Source: Mytilus californianus (taxonomy: Eukaryota). Taken from it: a stretch of DNA of 64,000 bases. The number at the start of each line of letters is the position of its first letter. The first letter of the stretch is position 1. The translations under genes were made by a program, and so were the position numbers. Shown here piece by piece: positions 1-11,671 of the stretch. The stretch lies in NCBI RefSeq assembly GCF_021869535.1, contig NW_026262701.1, forward strand, positions 43,400,001 through 43,464,000. Reading direction: 5' to 3'. The notes beneath the pieces are model-generated. The model saw nothing but the letters and a program-made list of their open reading frames with translations. It made no database searches and had not been told where the DNA came from.

Positions 1-325
1 TCATACATTTCTAGCACTAAATACAACAGACAAGCTGTTGAGGATTGACTTTAACACATCAGAATTTTCCAAATAATGAAAACAAAATATAACTATGGTC
101 AGCACTGTTTTATTATGTTACACAAATATGAAGTTTGTTAAACCTTGTGGATTATTTTGTCATTGCATGTGTGTACAGGTATATGGTGCGACACCTATTC
201 TATATTTGGCTGTGATTTGATCAAAATAAATGAGTGCATACTTAAAATATGGGCACGTGTTCAAAAATATTTAGTTTAATGCTTATGAGTCCTTACTTGA
301 AACATTTAAAATGTATGATTCTTAA

Positions 326-717
326 GGATGTTCGCTCCTCTTGTTTTTGAGTTTTTGTCAGATATTCGGAATCCTCTGGTTTTATCCATCTAGTACCCAT
401 TAAAAATTTTGCCCATTTAGCCCTACTTTTCTTTTCATAATTTTATTACATATAGTTTTAAAAGTCATATTTGAAAATCTTATAAAAACCTTGTTTTTTT
501 TTCATAGCTTTTGAAAGAAAACAAGAGCCAATGTTAAATGTATGAAAAGTCTAAAGAGAATTATTTCCCGCCAAATTTTCAATGGCTTATATCTCGAAAA
601 AAAGCACACGGACCCTTTATTTTTTTTTCTGCTTTTTTAGTTCCTTTATTAATATACTATCAATTAATAACAGTCTTTTAAAAAGCTTGTTATTTTGAAA
701 CAGAGTAGCAAACATCC
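326..717. mobile_element. Non-autonomous TIR element (MITE) with TTAA TSD, Kolobok-like
   Basis: TTAA (322-325) | GGATGTTCGCTCCTCT ... AGAGTAGCAAACATCC | TTAA (718-721): about 16-bp TIR with 2 mismatches. TTAA TSD plus purine-purine termini fit Kolobok. Confidence 0.75.
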
Positions 718-838
718 TTAAGGAAAAATTAAAGATTGTCATTCTTAACCTTTAAATGTAGCTGTAAATTTTGATCTTTTTTACTGTTAATATATATTTA
801 ACTACACTTAAAGGTACTCAGATTCTTCTTTTCATAAT

Positions 839-2275
839 TTACTGACGTTTTTTTCCTCTTTGTGTATATTTAAGATTTATTTCATGTAATAAATCTTGAT
901 CGAAACTTGAGTTAGGTTCCCAAGTTCGAGTTCCATCTTGCCATTTGACTCTCATAAGTCTTTGAACATTTCGAAAAACTCCTCTTTTAATTTGTTGAAA
1001 ACCAAATTTATCATTTCTATTTTGGTTACTATGATTATCTACTTCAGGTGGGTCATTGTTTGGTTCAATAGCTATTTGTTTAGTATCTTCATTTTCAACT
1101 TGATTGTCAATTTGAGGTGGTTGCAAATCATGCTCATTTTGATTTAAACCTTCATCATTTTTAATTTGATCTTGGGGATTGGTATATCTTTCACGGTGAA
1201 TATTTGGGTCATAATAACGCCTCATATTTGTTGCATTAATCAAAGATTTGTGTACAGTATTATTTTCAATGTGTTTAATCTTGTACGTATAGTTTGGATC
1301 AAGTTCAATGATGCGATAAGGACCGTTTGCTTTGTCGTGCAATTTGCGGGATAGACCTTTTGGGACTTTGTTATTTGTCAACAAAACTTGGTCACCAACA
1401 GAAAAATTTGGAATATTGAATTTAAGGTCATGCTTTTCCTTATATTTTGCTTTTTGTTGTTGGTCTCTTTCTTTAGCAATTGAATGAGCAATTTTTAAAT
1501 TTGCCAAAAATCCTGCTATATAGTCTTTGAGATCACGACTTAAATTGTCTTTTGGTTCTAAAGCTACATCAAAAGGAAGTCGCATTTCTTCCCCAAACAT
1601 CATGTAAAAGGGTGAGTATCCTATTGTGTTAAGGGATGGTGATTTTCTGTAATCCATCATTACAAAAGGGATGAGAGAAGGCCAATTCGATTGGTCCTTA
1701 TTGCAATACGTTCTGAGACAAGCTGCTAAAGTACTATTTTGGCGTTCTACTGTACCGTTAGTATTTGCGTGATAGGAACTTGAGTGGTGTTGTTTAACTT
1801 GAAACATTTCGTAAATTGCCTTTATGATCTTAGCCATAAACGACTGAGCATGGTCACTAAATAAAATCTTTGGGCTTCCAAACCTGGAGAAAACTTCAGA
1901 ACAAAGAATATTTGCAACTTCCTTAGCAGTTTGGGTTTTCATGGGGAAACCTTTAGTCCATCGAGTAAAAGAATCGACTACTAAGAGGATATGTTCATAG
2001 CCATCTTTAGTTTTAGACAAAGGCGCAAGAATATCAATGTGCCAACGATGAAATCTACCAACATGTGGCATTGGTGACAAAGGTGAATTGTTTGGATTGT
2101 AACTCCTTTTTGCACGTTGACACCTATCACAAGTTTTGATGTATTGTAACACGTCTGAATGCATTTTTGGCCAGTAATATTTTTCCAATAAAGAAGAATA
2201 AACTTTGTCTTCACCTAAGTGTCCTCCGCCTAAAAGAGAATCGTGGTAACTATGTAAAGCCTCCTCCTTAAACAA
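839..2275 (-). pseudogene. Ty3/Gypsy pol: integrase (HHCC zinc finger, DDE core, GPY/F) with C-terminal chromo-like domain
   Basis: YHDSLLGGGHLG...CDRC; WHID...VVDSFTRW...FSDH...NGTVERQN; ANGPYRI; tail RVKWQDGTRTWEP. Frameshifted relative to the RNase H ORF at about 2230-2275. Confidence 0.93.
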
Positions 2276-3363
2276 GTAGGTAAAGCAATTTGTTTTATAT
2301 GTCTAAGCTCATTAGGTAATCTTCTACACCTTCTTTGATACAAATGGTACAAAATACCGTTTGAAATGGAATAAAATTTAATTTCAGCAACTATAGCACG
2401 ATGTAACTTTTCATCTTGTGGAAGAGTGTTGTTTTGTAAATATGTGATAATGTTTGCTAAACCTGGACAAATTTGTTGTTTTTTAAAAAGCGAATCTGGA
2501 TTATATAAAGCTTGTGGTAGTTCTTCAATGTCTATGGCAGAAATTATTGGACAAAAATCAGTAGTCTCATCGTCATAAATAAACTCCGTGACGGTTCTCC
2601 AACCATCGGGTAGTTTATCAGATCCAAAAATAGAGGCACGATCTGTGTCAAGATCAGTATCGGACTCTAATCTGGAATCTGTTGTAGGATGTGCTGTTGA
2701 TACAGATTGTATAATTGGTGCCTCAATATATGGCCGACGACTTAAACAGTCTGCAACAACATTGCTTTTACCTGGACGATGGATTATATCATAATTCAAG
2801 TCTTGTAACTTCAGAGCCCATCTTTCAAGCCTACTAGATAACTTTGCAGATTTCAACCAAGTGAGTGCACTGTGATCTGTTACCACTGCGAAGTGAGAGT
2901 AAGTTAGATAAGGACGGTATGCTTCAACGCCTCTTAATATAGCCAAACACTCCTTCTCTGATGTATGGTAACTTTTCTCAGGGCCACTCAAAGCTTTACC
3001 ACCATAAGCTACTACATATTCTCTACCTTCATCATCCTTTTGCCCTAACACATAACCAATGGCCTTATCAGAAGCATCACAGGTTGAAATGAAAGACCTA
3101 TTTGGATCTGGATAGAATAGAACAGGGGCAGTAAGCAGAGCATTTTTCATAGTTTCAAAAGATTGTTGACACTGCGGTGTCCATTGGAATTGTGCTTCTT
3201 TACGCAACAAAGCTGTTAATGGTGAAACAATGTCAGAATGACCTTTGATGAAACGACGATAGTAGTTAGCCATGCCAAGAAAACTCCTAACCTGTTTGAC
3301 TGTTTTCGGAACCGGAAATTGACTAACATCATTAGTTTTTTTCTGGATCAACTTCAATACCAC
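2230..3363 (-). pseudogene. Ty3/Gypsy pol: RT connection plus RNase H
   Basis: VRSFLGMANYYRRFI, TCDASDKAIGYVL, VAYGGKAL, TSEKECLAI, VVTDHSAL, NVVADCLSRRP. Separated from the RT by a frameshift at about 3330-3360. Confidence 0.93.
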
Positions 3364-4423
3364 GCCGAGACATTACGTAACCTAGAAACTTCACTTCTTT
3401 TAAAGCAAAATTGGTTTTTGCAGGTTGCAATTTTAAGTTGGCTTCTTTTAACCTGGTAAAAACTTGACTCAAATGTTCTAAATGTTCCTCAAAAGAATTA
3501 CTGAAGATAAGGATATCATCAATGTATATCAGTAAGAATTTCCAATTTAGACCTCTAAAAACTTGAGTCATAAGACATTGAAAGGTGATAACTGCATTCA
3601 TCAGCCCGTAACTCATACGATTCCATTTGTAAACACCTGATTGGGAAATGAAAGCACTCTTATGTTTAGTTTCTTCGTCAAGAGGGATTTGCCAAAACGA
3701 ACTTTTTAAATCTAAATTTGTAAAATATTTCGCTTTAGCTTCACCGAGAGCATCAAAAACACTTTCAATATGAGGGAGAGGATAGCTCATAGGAACCGTT
3801 AATTTATTAAAAGAACGATAATCAATTGCCATCATCCAACCTCCTGTTTTCTTAGGAATCATGATTAATGGGGAACACCAATCAGAATTTGATTCTTCAA
3901 TAATTCCATTTTCTAATAATTCCTGAATTTGATGTTCAGTTTCACGCCTTACTTGAGGTGACTGCCTATGCGGATTACGCCTTACAGGCCGTGCACCTGG
4001 TACAGTTACAATTTTGTGTTTATACAAGGGAGTTTCTCCTAATTCTGTCATATCCGTAGCAAAACTTTGTTTATTTTCATTTAAAAACTTCTGCATCTTT
4101 TGTTTTTCAATATCTGTTAAATCAGATTCTGATAAATCAAACTTAAGATCTGAGCATGATTTGCTGTTAGGTGTTTTAATTGATGATACTGATGGGTCAG
4201 TTTCATTAAAATTTTGAATAGTTTCTGTATTGACATGAGCTACTTCAGCCAGTTTAGTACGTGCCTTAATCCTTACTTTTCTATCAGTCGGGTTTAGCAA
4301 GCTCAAATAAGCTTTACCGTGCTTGATTTTAACTAATGTTTTTGCTGCCAAAATTCTGTGCTTGTGAGCTAATGAATTTAGCGGTTCTAATAGCACTGTT
4401 TGATCATGTGTTTGGTGTGACAC
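3332..4423 (-). pseudogene. Ty3/Gypsy pol: reverse transcriptase plus upstream spacer
   Basis: SDWCSPLIMIPKK, MAIDYRSFN, FTNLDLKSSFWQI, MSYGLMNA, LIYIDDILIFS. Domain order PR-RT-RH-IN. Confidence 0.95.
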
Positions 4424-4640
4424 AGCAACACTAATTAAAGTTTGTGATCGTTTTGGAATCGTGATGGCTTTTCTTATTTTTGCTTAACCCTTTTTTAATG
4501 TTAACCGACTCAGCGTGACAACATCGTTATTCTCTAAAATTTCAAATGTGTCGTTTTCAAAATTTAACTTAGCTTTTGTTTGTTTCAAAAAATCTACGCC
4601 TAAAATTTAAGAATGGTGTAACTGTGCTATCATTTCTATA
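4424..4640 (-). pseudogene. C-terminal part of Gypsy aspartic protease with in-frame stops; element truncated upstream
   Basis: My translation, in frame with the RT ORF: QLHHS*ILGVDFLKQTKAKLNFENDTFEIL...KKG*AKIRK. ILGxDFL is the retropepsin C-terminal motif. No gag or 5' LTR is visible. Confidence 0.75.
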
Positions 4641-4729
4641 TGTAATTTTAAAAGTTAAATGCTATTTTTAAAATTAAATTGAAAATACTTTATCATTCAT
4701 GTATTATGCAAAACATTCAATGAAATATG

Positions 4730-5115
4730 ACTGAAGTTAGAGGACCAAATAATCTCCCTGGAAATGAGATATAATAATGCTATTACAACTGCATACCAAA
4801 TATCATTGGCATATTGGTAATGGTTTTAATTAAATTGACCTCATTACAAACTTTAATTGTAAGCGATACAAAAAGTTTGCGATCAATGAACTATCGTTCA
4901 GAGGACGAGGCCGTATAATCTACAACATTATGCCAATGCTAATACAAATTTATACAAAATATCCATTGAAAAGTCGTCAGCGGTCCCCCTTTAAAAAAGA
5001 CTTACCTTATCACAAATTAAAAAAAATGCTAACACCGCCGACGCCACCGAAAACAGCACGCCTCCATAACTACGTAGAGGCAAGGATTTGAATAGTCAGA
5101 TCCATGGTAGAGGCG
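4730..5115 (+). mobile_element. Degraded HINE/pearl-type element fragment
   Basis: CATACCAAATATCA core motif, ACCGCCGACGCCACCG microsatellite remnant, GGCGAGACAAA terminal hairpin remnant. Confidence 0.4.
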
Positions 5116-6086
5116 AGACAAACATTATCTATACTGACATTTTTTCGCCCTCTCATATTTTTTAAACTCTATATTTGGTGTAATATTATTGCAATTTTAT
5201 CGAAATATGCATGAACATTAAAAAGGCCTAGGTAAAAATGTGAAAAGTGAGAACAGAATTTGTAGTTGTTAACTAGGAATCGTTTTTATTCAATTACTTA
5301 AAGTAAGTTCTATTTTCCAGCAATCATCTATTTGACATGCCTAAAAACTCGTGTTTAGAATTATGATATTATCTAAACACATTTCTAAGAAAACACATTA
5401 CACGAACACATGTCTTGAATACAAACACTTTTTAGTGTGTTTTAGAATTAGAAGTTTGTAGGACTTTGAAACACTAAACTCTACACAATCCTACACACTT
5501 TCTTCAATCTAAACTACGAATAAACATGTTAAAAAAAGTGCGCAACCAATGTGTAAAAATGTATTTAGAATTGTGTTTAGGATTTAAACGTCATTTATAC
5601 AATGTACATATAGTAAGGATATCGATAATGCATTGTTGGACGTGGTCATATAGAAATGTAATAGATGTTATTTCGATGCCACCATTATTAACGAAAATTC
5701 GGGTCAGTCTATACAATATGGCTTTATTTTATTCTTCACATATAAAAAAATTTAACAAAAATTCCGAATTCCAAGGCAAATTCAATAAAAAACAGAATCC
5801 CGCGTTGCACATATTTTATCTATCCAAGGTACAAGGGCAATAACTATAAAAAAAAAAACACTTTTTTTTTGTCCTTTAAAACTTTTTATTAATATCTTAA
5901 AGAAATGAAGGCTTCAGAGTAAATGCAATATAATTTACATTATAATTAATGTTTCCAAGGGGCATAACTCGTTAAAAATATTTGATCAGCACTTATTTTC
6001 GAAAGTGTCAAAGACGTTGCTGATATAAACCTATGCTATAAGTTTCAAAAAATTCTAGCAATACTTGTACACATGAAAACGATGAC

Positions 6087-7643
6087 CAGACTTGGGGTCA
6101 ATTACATTGGAATGTAATTAATTGAATTACACATTACATTGCAAAAATGATCAATTACACTAATTACCGGTACACAGTTTTGGCAATGTAATTAATTAAA
6201 TTACAATTACTTTACCAAAGTAATTAATTAAATTACACATTACATTTTATCAGAATTGTATAAACCAATATGTTATGTACAATGTAAATATATATAACTT
6301 GTCTCAAATTTAGCCCAACAATGTTAAATCTTCTTCCCTCAGCTGAATTTGTTCTCTTGATTCTTTATATATATATATATCGCATGAGCCAAGGCTCCGT
6401 GTTGAAGACCGTACTTTGACCTATAATGGTTTACTTTTATAAATTGTGACTTGAATGGAAAGTTGTCTCATTGGCACTCATATCACATCTTATATCTATT
6501 GTAAGTTTATGTGACAATTTGGATGTAAAGTGTTTTCATTTACTTGATAACTGGTATTTTTTGTCAGCTATTGCCTATTGTCATTAAATTTTTAAACTTT
6601 TCAATTTTAACTATTGTCAACTAAATATATGTCAAAGGCAACAAACATCACTATGGCATCCGTTTTTTTTTTTTTTGCATTTGGTCAAATACCATTGAAT
6701 TTCTTTAATTAAGGTAGCCAACTTAGTTTGTTAACTTAATTTTATTCTCATTTTTAAAAAGAAGGATTTCTTTGTAATTTAATTAAAAAGTTTTATATAG
6801 ATAACAAATTTATTGTGTTCTTTAAAACTTTCAAAAGAAATATAGTTGTCATAACATTGAAAATGACTGAAGTATAATGCTTCATATATTTGTATACATC
6901 TGCTAATTAGATAAAATACATGTACTGTAAATTCAGAAAATATTGCGAGGCTTTTATTAATGCGAATAATGCGACTGTTTGAGTATCGCAATAATAAGAA
7001 CTCGCATTTTGATTTTTGATACATATATCTGTATGCAAATTTTCCTGAAATCGCAATAATTAATCTCGCATTTTTTGTCCATTCTCGAAAAATCGCAATA
7101 ATAAATGCACTCAATAATTTCTGAATTTACAGTAATATAAATAGTTTACATTGTCCCTAGGCTGTTTTACACACATATTAATCAGGCTTATTGCCATTTG
7201 TTTTTACAGCTGATAATTTTATTTCTATAAACTTATTGTGTATACTAATTTGACAAAATAAGTGTGTGCAAGGATTTAAAACATTTTTACCTTCATGTAA
7301 GTCACAAAGTCAAACTTCCATATATTTTAGAAGTACATTGATGGCAATTTGCTCTAAAAGTTTCATAAGGATTTGTTGGTTTCTCATTAATATATGTGAA
7401 TTAAATATTATTTTACAATTAATATTAACATAATCTCTTATGATTAACATCAAGAATTACATGCACATGTAATTGAAATGTAATTGAAAAGTAATTTAGC
7501 ATTACATGCTTTTTTCAATGTAATTAATTAAATTACCATTACATGTAATTTAAAAAATGCTCAATTACACATTACATCCAATTACATGGAAAATTGTAAT
7601 GCATTACACTTAATTACAATTACATTAAATTACCCCATCCCTG
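6087..7643. mobile_element. Non-autonomous hAT element with 8-bp TSD
   Basis: Perfect 8-bp TSD ACGATGAC (6079-6086 and 7644-7651). Termini CAGACTTGGGGTCAATT ... AATTACCCCATCCCTG. Many subterminal AATTAC motifs at both ends. Confidence 0.85.
6925..7132. mobile_element. Tc1/mariner-like MITE (TA TSD)
   Basis: TA|CTGTAAATTCAGAAA ... TTTCTGAATTTACAG|TA. A related copy lies at about 27338-27510. Confidence 0.8.
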
Positions 7644-8904
7644 ACGATGACTATGCAATTTCCATATAATCAATAATTAAAAATAATTGATTGGCACTTA
7701 TTTTTGTACTCGTCAAAGACATTCATTTGATGATATAAACCTGTAATATAAATTTCATAAAAATCTGGCAAGAATTGTACACATTAGAGCGCTCATAAGG
7801 CAATTGTCTATATAATCTATATTTCCAAGGGGCATAACTCATTTAGGAATTATTGATCGTCACTGATTTTCGAACTTGTCTAAGATATTGCTGATATAAA
7901 CCTATGATATAAGGTTCATAAAATTCTGGCAAGAATTGTACACATGAGAGAGCTAATAATGCAATTTTCCATATATTTAATGTTCCAAGGGACATAACTC
8001 TTATAAAAAAAATTGATCAGCACTGATTGTCGAGCTCGTCAAAGACATTGCTGATATAAACCTAAAACATAAGTTTCACAACAATCTGGCAATAATTGTA
8101 CAAATGAGAGCGCTAACAATGCAATTTTCCATATAGTTAATGTTTCCAAGGGGCATTACTCTTTGAGAAATTAATGATTGGCACTGATTTTTTAACTTGT
8201 CCAAAACATTGCTGATATAAACCTATGATATAAGTTTCAATAAAATCTGGCAAGAATTGTACAAATGAGAGCGCTTACAATGCAATTTTCCATATAGCTA
8301 ATGTTCCAAAGGGGCATAACTCTTTAAAAAATAAATGATCGGCACTGGTTTTTAAACTTGTCCAAGACATTGCTGATATAAACCTATGATATAATTTTTT
8401 TTTAAATCTCGCATGAATTGTAAACGTAAGAGCGCTAACATGACCGGACGGACGGACGCACAGACGGACGGACTGACGCCCGGTGTTTCTATGTCCCCCG
8501 CAACGCGTTGCGAGGGGGACAAAAGGGGAATTCCATGAAAACTTACAAAATCAAACGCTATCAATCAACTGAATAAATGAAAAACATATTCCATATAATT
8601 TTTATATAATACAAATATGTTTGAAGAATTTCTAAAGATGTTTCAAAAGTTTTTACAGTAAGTAAAGTGGGCTAAAACTACTACTTCATATAACACGAAA
8701 CGTATAGTTACAATAAAAACATACCGCATCTACATTAAAAAAATATCGCATCTATAATAAAATAGATACCATTTAATTATTGATTTACAAAAGAAAATAC
8801 GTAATAGTATAATTTTTACAAGGACATAAACTTTTGCTATTACTTTGATATGGAGCATATTTCAAGACTTAAATTTCGTTTATATATAGATAATAGGTTA
8901 ACAT

Positions 8905-9358
8905 TTGTTCAGTGTATGTTCAATGGTGTTAATACGTCCTTTGATTGAGTTAAGCTATTTCAGTTGATATTTTATAGTGTGTCTTTCTATGTTGTGATGT
9001 TACACTATTGTTTCAGAAAAAGGGTGAAGGTTTGGTACCATTAAAACGTTTAAACCCGCTGCATTTGTTTGCACCTGTCCTAAGTCAGGAATCTGATGTT
9101 CAGTAGTTGTCGTTTGTTGATGTGGTTCATAAGTGTTTCTCGTTTCTCGTTTTTTATATAGATTAGACCGTTGGTTTTTCCCGTTTGAATGGTTTTACAC
9201 TAGTAATTTTTGGGGCCCTTTATAGCTTACTGTTCGGTGTGAGCCAAGGCTCCGTGTTGAAGACCGTACTGTGACCTATAATGGTTTACTTTTATAAAAT
9301 TTGACTTGGATGGATAGTTGTCTCATTGGCACTCATACCACATCTTCTTATATCTATT
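8905..9358 (+). repeat. High-copy interspersed repeat of about 460 bp (mussel-type)
   Basis: Near-identical copies at 23795-24255 (-) and 55615-56080 (+). Fragments or relatives at 6385-6500, 15768-16100, 23645-23700, 27020-27090, 42190-42255, 49682-49870, 54570-54630 and 54975-55148. Ends GTTGTCTCATTGGCACTCATACCACATCTTCTTATAT. Confidence 0.85.
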
Positions 9359-10494
9359 AACAGTTCATATGTCTATAAAGAAATTTTACATTGTTGCTCG
9401 TTAAACTGGTCTATTTCACATTTTCCCCTTTTAAAATAACCTTGAAAGGCTGATAATAATCGATTTCACTCTCTTTTGATTAATGGTAATACAGAAAACT
9501 CTTCTGTTTGTCGCGTGAATTAATTTCGGACTGACCTTATTTATATATTTTAATATTATTTCTTTTTTTATTGCAAAAACTTTTTTTCCTCGTGGACTGT
9601 CTGCATAGTTACAATTTCATATTAGAAAACATCGCGACTTCCACATAAGAAACTGTTTTCTCGATTCGCACTTTCCATAGACTGAGGTATGTCTTTTTCA
9701 TTCTAGTTATAATATACTCAAGTTATCATTAAGAAAAACATAAATTTTTGATATCTCATAATTTATATAAATGATATTCCAAAAACGTTTGTTGAATTGA
9801 GGATCTTTTTAACATATGTTATTATTTGTAGGAAGGGTTATGGGGTTTGTATGTTTCATACATTTTTATCATCCGATTATAAGGGGGAAATAAACTTACT
9901 TGCTGACTGGTTGATTTTTTAATCTCTTCTTGAAACCCGCTAATTTTAAGTGATTTATACTTCTTTTCTAATGTTAAAAAGTCGCTTCCTCATAGCTCAT
10001 ATCAAAAATTAGTAAGAATATTATATTTATATAGTTGATTTTTGCTCTAAACCTAAATGATATTCCACAACATTTTTTTTCAAGAATACCTGAATATTAA
10101 ACTTTTGTATGTCCTCATAATATAAAATATGGTATTTAATTTGATTTAATGTTGATGAAAATCTTAAAATTTTGGACAAGGTTGTCGCATACACTATACA
10201 AATAAGGAGATGTGATATTATTGAAATTGAGGCAACTATTCACCAGAAGGAACAGGACGAGGATGTAGAGTACTATAGATCAATGTTTGGCTTTCAAAAA
10301 TCAGCACACCTCATACCGTTTCGAAATCAATAAAAGGTCCAAGCTTCCTTAAATGTAAAACAATTCAAAAGATAAAGCAAACGAGGAAATTTAAGCATAA
10401 AGTTATACATAAATTATGTTCATTGAAATCTAAAACGCGACTTCTGACTTGGGCATAGCGAACAAATTGTAAAATTTAAACACCGTATGAAGAG

Positions 10495-10930
10495 GCCAAA
10501 GGAATATCACTATCCAAAAAGATAAAAATTAACAATAGGGAACAACAAAGCATCTATGTTGTCGTTATTTCTTGTATATAGTTTCCCGTGTGAAACTGAA
10601 ATAACTTAATCTATAAAAGAACAATTATTGCTGTCTGCATCAGATATATTTAAAGAATGTAACCGTGGGTAAATTTCTGCAATAAAATTAGAACATTCTA
10701 GATTATTTAAAGCAAATATATCATTAAGGTAACTGTAAGTATTTTTAAAATGTAATTAAGACAGATCTTTACTCAGTTTGGTCATAAACTGTGATCTATA
10801 ACAATACAGAGGCAAGTTTGCTATTACAGGAGTGTAATTGGTATCCATAGGAATTTCTGCGACCTCAATAAACTTCATTGCCAAAATGAACATAAATGTT
10901 GTCGAGGGGAAATTTACAGCTTAAATCATC
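10495..10930 (-). mobile_element. Degenerate Penelope-like element RT fragment
   Basis: Translates to EIPMDTNYTPVIANLPLY...YSYLNDIFALNN...EIYP; homologous to the 16.9-17.3 kb copy. Confidence 0.7.
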
Positions 10931-11474
10931 GTATCACAGTTCCTGTAAGTTTATCTAATTCATGAAATTATGTCCAATAGGCCATGTTTATCAAGACTTA
11001 AGTCCTTAAGTAAGTCATAATATCGGTATTGAAACAAAATGTAAAATAAAACATCACCTTCGTTTATTTCAGTACTTCGAAATAGATACACACATTAAAC
11101 AATATTTTATTGGGTGTAATATCTTGCCATTGATTTTCTTGTTTGATTGTTAAAAGAATCAACTGAACAATTTAAAGATTGTTTTTCAAATATACACCAA
11201 CAGAGTTCATACTGCTTACAAATTGAACATTTTCAAGAGAAGTTGAAACGATTTGTTATTTCACAACGCCTCCTCCTTATAAGCGAAATGAAGAAGGATG
11301 TAATCAAAACCAGGAAATTATTCGGTATTTTTTTAAAACCAGATATAGAATTCACGAATGAGGGGGAATAGAGATCAACCTGAATACTATTCCAGTTGTC
11401 AAAACAGATGATTCACTGTTACTGCATATATCCGTGTAATCCAAAGACAATAGTTAGTGTTTATCAAATACAAA

Positions 11475-11538
11475 ATGGTGTTCATTTACATTTTCATAAT
11501 TCTTAGTGTTGATTTTGTTCATGTGATACTTGCAATTG
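11475..11538 (+). CDS. Receptor gene exon 1: signal peptide MVFIYIFIILSVDFVHVILAI
   Basis: AAAATGG start context, hydrophobic 21-mer, phase-1 donor G|GTGAGT that joins in frame to the FN3 exon (G+AT = Asp). Confidence 0.7.
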
Positions 11539-11671
11539 GTGAGTAAATTTTCAAGTATACATAATGTTTATTGACGTCGAATAAGCAAATTGATGACTAT
11601 ACATACATGTAAGACTTCAGAATATAATTGTCTGGAGAATTTCAAAACATATCTTCAAAAAAGAGGAACCA

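Larger units (their letters stand above)
5920..8522 (+). mobile_element. Helentron-associated/pearl-like non-autonomous element (HINE) with about 160-bp tandem core, interrupted by a hAT insertion
   Basis: CCAAGGGGCATAACTC recurs at about 5955, 7825, 7985, 8146 and 8306 (160-bp period). Followed by a (GACG)n microsatellite (8443-8475) and terminal hairpin TGTCCCCC...GGGGGACA (8492-8521). Confidence 0.8.

Noticed and set aside
1-838. Gypsy 3' LTR / polypurine tract
   Set aside because: No TG...CA-bounded repeat or matching second LTR was found within the window.
11147-11371. 74-aa ORF upstream of the receptor start
   Set aside because: No recognisable motif, non-ATG start and no splice link; probably promoter or 5' UTR sequence.
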